64,000 nt of DNA, from assembly GCA_040289515.1 (NCBI GenBank), contig PSLI01000004.1, positions 1 through 64,000 of the forward strand. The letters run 5' to 3'. The position numbers and the translations under genes were made by a program. The DNA comes from Candidatus Sysuimicrobiota bacterium. GTDB lineage: Bacteria > Sysuimicrobiota > Sysuimicrobiia > Sysuimicrobiales > Sysuimicrobiaceae. Below the pieces are notes generated by a model. It was not told the DNA's origin and did not search any database. It worked only from the letters and a program-made list of their open reading frames with translations. Below, piece by piece: positions 59,242 to 64,000 of the stretch (the first letter of the stretch is position 1; every line of letters starts with the position of its first letter).

Positions 59242-60134
59242 CCGCTCGACTCTACGGGATCCCGGCGGCCGCGTGGGCTGTGCTGTGCTTTGTGGTGGGT
59301 GCCGCCTGGGCTTCAGGTCTGGCCGAAGGAGAGGCGCTGTTCATCCGCGGACGGTATCGGGAGGCCGCCGCGGCATTCCGCCAGGCGCTTTTGGCAAGGC
59401 CCCGCGACCCGTGGTTGTGGCTGTGGTACGGCGCCTCTTTGGTGCAGGCAGGGGACCTCCGGGGGGCTCTCCACGCCCTCCGGCCGGCCACGGGCTCCAG
59501 CGTGGAGGCGCACGCGTGGCTGTGGGCAGGTGCCGCGTACGAGGGCCTGGGGATGGACAGCCAGGCCCGAAACGCCTACCGGCGGGCATTGGCTCGCAGC
59601 CAGGACGCGGCCTCCGCGTACTGGGCCCGCCGGAAGCTGCGCGCTCTGACGGCAGAATCTGCCCCGGAGCTGCCGGCCACGGACCCCGGCACGTACGAGC
59701 GCCTGGCGGTGCGCTACAACCCGCGGCTTTCCGCCTGGGAGGCCCGCCGCATCGGGCGGGCACTGGTGGAGCTTGGGCGGCACTTCAACGTGGACCCGAG
59801 ACTCACCGCTGCCCTGGTGGTGGTGGAGTCCGGGTTCGAGCCGCGTGCTGTCTCGCCTGCGGGCGCCCTGGGGCTGGGCCAGCTCATGCCCGAGGTGGCA
59901 CGGGCCGTGGCGGTACGGGATCCCTTCTCCATCGAGGAGAACCTGTACGGTACCGTGCGGGTGCTGCGGGGACACCTGGACCGGTACGGTTACCACCGTG
60001 TGGATTTGGCCCTGGCCGCGTACAACGCGGGCTCCGGTGCCGTGCGCCGCCACGGCGGGGTTCCGCCCTTTGTTGAGACCCGCTGGTACGTGTTCCGCGT
60101 AAGCCGCCTGTATTTGCGCTTCCTGGGCCAGTAG
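59238..60134 (+). CDS. TPR + SLT lytic transglycosylase
   Basis: Signal peptide, TPR-like repeats, VESGF, GALGLGQLMP, AAYNAG. Confidence 0.9.
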   Translation: MTARLYGIPAAAWAVLCFVVGAAWASGLAEGEALFIRGRYREAAAAFRQALLARPRDPWLWLWYGASLVQAGDLRGALHALRPATGSSVEAHAWLWAGAAYEGLGMDSQARNAYRRALARSQDAASAYWARRKLRALTAESAPELPATDPGTYERLAVRYNPRLSAWEARRIGRALVELGRHFNVDPRLTAALVVVESGFEPRAVSPAGALGLGQLMPEVARAVAVRDPFSIEENLYGTVRVLRGHLDRYGYHRVDLALAAYNAGSGAVRRHGGVPPFVETRWYVFRVSRLYLRFLGQ

Positions 60135-60138
60135 GTGG

Positions 60139-60154
60139 TGGCCCCGAACTTGCT
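60139..60154 (+). promoter_or_regulatory. sigma54-like -24/-12 promoter
   Basis: TGGCCC-CGAAC-TTGCT (GG-N10-GC). Confidence 0.6.
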
Positions 60155-60192
60155 CCCTAGCTGCCCGTGACGCCGCGAAAAGGGGGTGCAGT

Positions 60193-61317
60193 GTGGTGCG
60201 CGGGAGGTTGTGGTGGACGACACTGGCGTTGGCAGCGGTGCTGCTGACCGCGTGCGGCCAGCGTGCCTCCCCGGTCACGGTGCGGGTAGGGGTGGTGCTG
60301 CCCCTTACCAGCGGGGTGGCCTCGGCGGCCGGCAGCGCTCTGCGGGGCGCGCAGATGGCCGCGGACGACGTGAACGGGGAGCGCGCGGTGCGGCTCGTGC
60401 TGGTGACGCACGACGACGGCGGCTCCCCTCAGAAGGCCATCGAGCTGTTCCAGCAGCTGAGCTCCGACGCGAGAGTGGCGGCGGTTGTGGGTGCCTTCAC
60501 GGACGCGGTAGCCGTCCAGCTTTCCGCGGTGGCCGCGGCGCTCCAGACGCCCCTGGTGAGCCCCGGGGCCACGGGCCCGGTTCCGTTCTCCGGCCAGTAC
60601 TTCTTCCGGACCGCGCTGCCGTCCTCCGTGCAGGGCAAGGCGCTGGCCGAGTATGCCCTGGCGAAGGCCCTGCGACGGGCCTCGGTGGTGCAGGACCGCA
60701 ACGAGTATGGGACCGCGGTGGCAGAGGGGTTCGCCCAAGCCCTGCGGGCTGGGGGCGGGGAGGTGCTCAGCCAGCACGTGTTCGCGGACGGGACGCGGGA
60801 CTTCACCGAGGTGGTACGGTCCCTGCGCCGGGAGCAGCCGCAGATGGTGCTGTTTGCGGGTTACCCCGACGAGGGGGCGACTTTCCTCCGGCAGATGGCG
60901 GACTCTGGTCTGAGCGTGCCCCTGCTGGTGCCGGACTCCTTCGCCAATGAGGAGGCCGCTTCCCTTCTGTCGGGCAAAGGGGCGGTGGTGGCGTCCGTGT
61001 TCTTCGCCGAAAGTCCGTTTCCCCGGGTGCGCAGCTTCGTGCGGGAGTTCCGCACCCGCTACGGCCGGCAGCCAGATGCCTTCGCAGCCCAGGCCTACGA
61101 CGCCGTACGGGTGGTGGCCCTGGCGGCCAAGCGCCTGGGTGCTTCCGTGTACCGCGCGCCGGACAGCATCGAACGTCCCACGCTCCGGGACGCCCTGGCA
61201 TCCACGCGGGATTACCCCGGGGTCACAGGCACCATCACTTTCGACCGCCTGGGCAACCCCGCCCGGGACGTGCAGCTCCTGCGGGTGGACGGGGGTAAGC
61301 TGGTGCTCCTCCCGTAG
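60193..61317 (+). CDS. LivJ/LivK-family ABC solute-binding lipoprotein
   Basis: LTAC lipobox; VGVVLPLT, DD.G.P, YFFRT, AYDA, GVTG.ITFD. Confidence 0.9.
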   Translation: MVRGRLWWTTLALAAVLLTACGQRASPVTVRVGVVLPLTSGVASAAGSALRGAQMAADDVNGERAVRLVLVTHDDGGSPQKAIELFQQLSSDARVAAVVGAFTDAVAVQLSAVAAALQTPLVSPGATGPVPFSGQYFFRTALPSSVQGKALAEYALAKALRRASVVQDRNEYGTAVAEGFAQALRAGGGEVLSQHVFADGTRDFTEVVRSLRREQPQMVLFAGYPDEGATFLRQMADSGLSVPLLVPDSFANEEAASLLSGKGAVVASVFFAESPFPRVRSFVREFRTRYGRQPDAFAAQAYDAVRVVALAAKRLGASVYRAPDSIERPTLRDALASTRDYPGVTGTITFDRLGNPARDVQLLRVDGGKLVLLP

Positions 61318-61325
61318 GCCCGGGT

Positions 61326-61341
61326 TGGTCCGGACGTTGCT
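61326..61341 (+). promoter_or_regulatory. sigma54-like -24/-12 promoter
   Basis: TGGTCC-GGACG-TTGCT (GG-N10-GC). Confidence 0.5.
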
Positions 61342-61458
61342 CTGAAGAGTTTTCGAAAGATCTGTGGACGTTGCGGGAAGGATGCGAAGCGGCCGGAGTA
61401 GAACCGGTTAACCCACGCGGGTCGGCTCCACGGCCGACCGAATCCACGGGCGGGAGGG

Positions 61459-62451
61459 ATGGACCTGAGGCGCTGGGCTCATTGGGTTGCAGCGGTGGTG
61501 GGGCTGGCGGTGGTGGCCTCCGGGGCGGCCACCGCGCAGCCCCGGCGGTTCGTGAACGTGGCCACGGGGGGTACCGCGGGGGTGTACTTCCCCCTGGGCA
61601 GCGCCCTCGCCAGGCTGTGGACCGAGCGCATCCCGGGCCTGCAGGCCACCGCGCAGGCCACGGGTGCCTCCGTGGCCAACGTGCGACTGCTGCAGCGGGG
61701 CGAGGTGGAGGTGGCCTTCGCGCAGAACGACATCGTGTTCTATGCCTTCCACGGTGTGGAGATGTTCAGCCGTGACCCGCAGACCCGCCTGCGGAGCATG
61801 GCCATGCTCTACCCGGAGACGGTGCAGATCGTCACCCTGCGCCAGAAAAACATCAAATCCGTGGCGGATCTGGCTGGCAAGCGGGTGGCGGTGGGCGCAC
61901 CCGGGAGCGGCACCGAGGTGAACGCGCGCCAGATCCTGCGCCTGTACGACATCGGGTATGCCCAGACGCGCCAAACTCACGGCCTACCCCGCACTGTGCA
62001 GGCAGACTTCCTCAGCTTTGCGGAGGCCGCGGACCAGCTCAAGGATGGGATCATCGACGCGGCTTTCCTGACCGCGGGGGTGCCCACCGCGGCCGTGCAG
62101 GACATCGCCGCCGCCCGGGACCTGCAGCTGGTGCCCATCCCTGAGGCCGCGGCCGCCCGTCTGCGGGAGCGCTACCCGTACTACGCGCCCGTGGTCATCC
62201 CCGCCAACACCTACCGCGGGCAGCCGGAGCGGGTACCCACGGTGGCCGTCATGGCCATGCTGGTCACGCGGTCCGACCTGCCGGAGGATCTCGTTTACGA
62301 CCTCACCCGGACCCTTTGGGAGAACGTCACGGTGCTCCACCAGGCGCACGCCCGCGGGCGGGACATCCGGCTGCAGAGCGCGCGCACTGGCATGCCCATC
62401 CCCCTGCACGCGGGCGCCTTGCGCTACTACCGGGAGCGGGGGGTGCTCTGA
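61459..62451 (+). CDS. TAXI-family solute-binding protein
   Basis: ATGGTAGVYFP, TGASVAN, QND, LYPE, GAPGSGTE, PLHAGALRYY. Confidence 0.95.
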   Translation: MDLRRWAHWVAAVVGLAVVASGAATAQPRRFVNVATGGTAGVYFPLGSALARLWTERIPGLQATAQATGASVANVRLLQRGEVEVAFAQNDIVFYAFHGVEMFSRDPQTRLRSMAMLYPETVQIVTLRQKNIKSVADLAGKRVAVGAPGSGTEVNARQILRLYDIGYAQTRQTHGLPRTVQADFLSFAEAADQLKDGIIDAAFLTAGVPTAAVQDIAAARDLQLVPIPEAAAARLRERYPYYAPVVIPANTYRGQPERVPTVAVMAMLVTRSDLPEDLVYDLTRTLWENVTVLHQAHARGRDIRLQSARTGMPIPLHAGALRYYRERGVL

Positions 62452-62462
62452 GGCGGGTGGGG

Positions 62463-62708
62463 GTGAAGGGGAAGACGAGCCGTCCACCGCAGGTGGGGAG
62501 CGCTGACGGGAAGGTGCCCGTGTACCCCATCCGAACCGTGGCGCAGCTGACGGCTTTTTCACCGCCCCGTACGCGGGGCGGGCACCGGCTGTTCAGCCAG
62601 GAGGATGTGGAGCGGCTGCTGTGGATCAAGCGGATGGTGCAGGAGCGGGGACTGAGCCTGCAGGGTGTGAAGCGCCTGCTGGAAGCGGGCCCCCGCCGGC
62701 GGCGGTGA
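62463..62708 (+). CDS. MerR-family HTH protein with internal deletion (possible pseudogene)
   Basis: YPIRTVAQLT ... RTRGGHRLFS.EDV.RL.WIK; recognition-helix segment missing. Confidence 0.7.
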   Translation: MKGKTSRPPQVGSADGKVPVYPIRTVAQLTAFSPPRTRGGHRLFSQEDVERLLWIKRMVQERGLSLQGVKRLLEAGPRRRR

Positions 62709-63562
62709 GCGAGGTGGCGCAGCCGGGTGCTGGCACGTGGGAGGCGGAAGCCCTGGTGGCCGAGGCCGGGGAGGCTCCCGCGGTGTACCGGGGTTTATCG
62801 ACCGAGTACACGGACGTGGGCCGCCTGGTAGACTACCTGGGCGACCGGCTGTTCTCAGGGGTCGTGCGGGTGACCCTCCCGGGCCGGGAAGCGCACGTGG
62901 TGCTGTTTCGGGGCAAGCCGCAGGCCGTCCGTTATCTGGTGGAGGGGAGGACCCTGGAAGCAGAGCAGGCCGTCCGGGCTCTGCTGGCGGACAGCCGGTG
63001 GATGGACGGTGAGGTGTGGGTGCACCCCCTGCCGGAGGAGCTGTTCCCTGAGGAGTGGGAGGACCGAGAGCCCCTGGCGTGGGAGTCCGCACAGGTCGCG
63101 CGCTTGACCCAGCGGGAAGAAGACGGCCCGCAACCCGCCCCGGAAAGCGCGGCCGCGGAAGGCCCGCTGCTGGTTTTGTCGGGCCTACAGCCGCAGCCTT
63201 CCGCGAAGGGGGCCCCGCGCGAGCCGAAGCCCGAGCCCGAGGCCACGGTGGACGTGGTGGCATGGGTGCGGTTGCTGGAGGGCCTGGTGGCGCGGTTCAA
63301 GCGGTACCGGGGACCGACCGCCGCCGGCCGGCTGGAGGCCGAAGTGAACGTGGCCCTGCACGGCAGCGGGCTGAGGTTGCACCGGGGGCGCGTGGAGGGC
63401 CAGGCCCTTGACCCCCAGGTCCTGTCGGCGGCCGTCGTGCGGGCCGTGGGGCTCCTCAAGGGAATGGCGGGGCAAGCCTTCGCGGAGCACAGCGTGAGCG
63501 GAGTCGCCCGCGAGGCAGGCATCCGCGACGAGGCCCCTCTCAAACGCCTGCTGGAGCTGTAA
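62705..63562 (+). CDS. Hypothetical protein, N-terminus DUF4388/PATAN-like
   Basis: L..L....FSGVV.V......VVLFRG pattern, Pro/Glu linker, helical C-terminus. Confidence 0.55.
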   Translation: MSEVAQPGAGTWEAEALVAEAGEAPAVYRGLSTEYTDVGRLVDYLGDRLFSGVVRVTLPGREAHVVLFRGKPQAVRYLVEGRTLEAEQAVRALLADSRWMDGEVWVHPLPEELFPEEWEDREPLAWESAQVARLTQREEDGPQPAPESAAAEGPLLVLSGLQPQPSAKGAPREPKPEPEATVDVVAWVRLLEGLVARFKRYRGPTAAGRLEAEVNVALHGSGLRLHRGRVEGQALDPQVLSAAVVRAVGLLKGMAGQAFAEHSVSGVAREAGIRDEAPLKRLLEL

Positions 63563-63573
63563 GGAGGTCGCGG

Positions 63574-64000
63574 GTGCGACAGGTGGCATGGCTGGCGTTG
63601 TCGGTGCTGGTACTGGTCGCGGTGGCCGCGGTGGTGGTGCTGCAGCGGCCCGTCCGGGCGGCGGAAGTGCAGCGGCAGCACACCCTGGTCAGTGCGGGGC
63701 TAGTTTTGTTCCCGCTTCTGGCAGGGGGAGCGGGTTTTGCGGCCGCGCTCAGCTACCGGCCCAAGGACCGGGAGCGGGCAGTGTGGACCAGCTTGGGAGC
63801 CGCCTGCGTTCTATGGGGAACCGGACGGGCGGTGTTCTGGTACGAGCAGGCGGTGGGGCAGGCGCCCAGCTTCCCGTCCGCGGCGGAGCTGCTCACCGCG
63901 GGGTTCTTCGTGTTGGGTCTTTGGGCCGTCTATCAGGAGTACCGCGCTGTGCGGGAGCTGGTGGGGCCCGCCCAGCGGGCGGCCATAGTGGCGGTGGTGT
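63574..64000 (+). CDS. Multi-TM membrane (sensor-like) protein, 3' truncated by window
   Basis: GTG after AAGGAGG; W..LG...LWG.G...W.....P.FPS.A pattern seen in membrane input domains. Confidence 0.7.
   Translation, partial: MRQVAWLALSVLVLVAVAAVVVLQRPVRAAEVQRQHTLVSAGLVLFPLLAGGAGFAAALSYRPKDRERAVWTSLGAACVLWGTGRAVFWYEQAVGQAPSFPSAAELLTAGFFVLGLWAVYQEYRAVRELVGPAQRAAIVAVV

Overview
High-GC (about 70% by eye) bacterial chromosomal window with Firmicutes-like (Terrabacteria) gene order; Armatimonadota/CSP1-3-like affinity is a guess from gene content. 1-13.4 kb: accessory catabolic region (creatininase-family, class II aldolase, Tm-1/UPF0261-like, Zn-ADH, LacI, TIM-barrel epimerase, TAXI-TRAP, MFS, GntR, 2-hydroxyacid dehydrogenase, decayed aldehyde dehydrogenase, FadR, FAH), ending at tRNA-Ala(CGC). 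13.6-29 kb: core genes (bcp, PBP1A, yebC-ruvCAB, spoIID-like, yajC, gdhA, hemACDBL). 29-34.6 kb: GT2/BshB/BshC-like triad and ccmABCDE. 34.7-42.1 kb is the most unusual locus, a Rieske/cytochrome b operon with two asymmetric cytochromes b. One lacks both heme-bH ligands and the other is fused to a 2x[4Fe-4S] domain. The operon also has an MvhD-like [2Fe-2S] protein and a full-length CcoN homologue that has lost its metal-ligating histidines, followed by CcoO/CcoP-like cytochromes. The rest: polyprenyl synthase, an ANTAR two-component pair, tatA, radC-mreBCD-mrdA-rodA-rng, alaS-ruvX-DUF1292-mltG-yqeG, and two orphan solute-binding proteins with sigma54-like promoters. No CRISPR array, transposase or integrase seen. 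All family calls are from motif recognition, not database searches.
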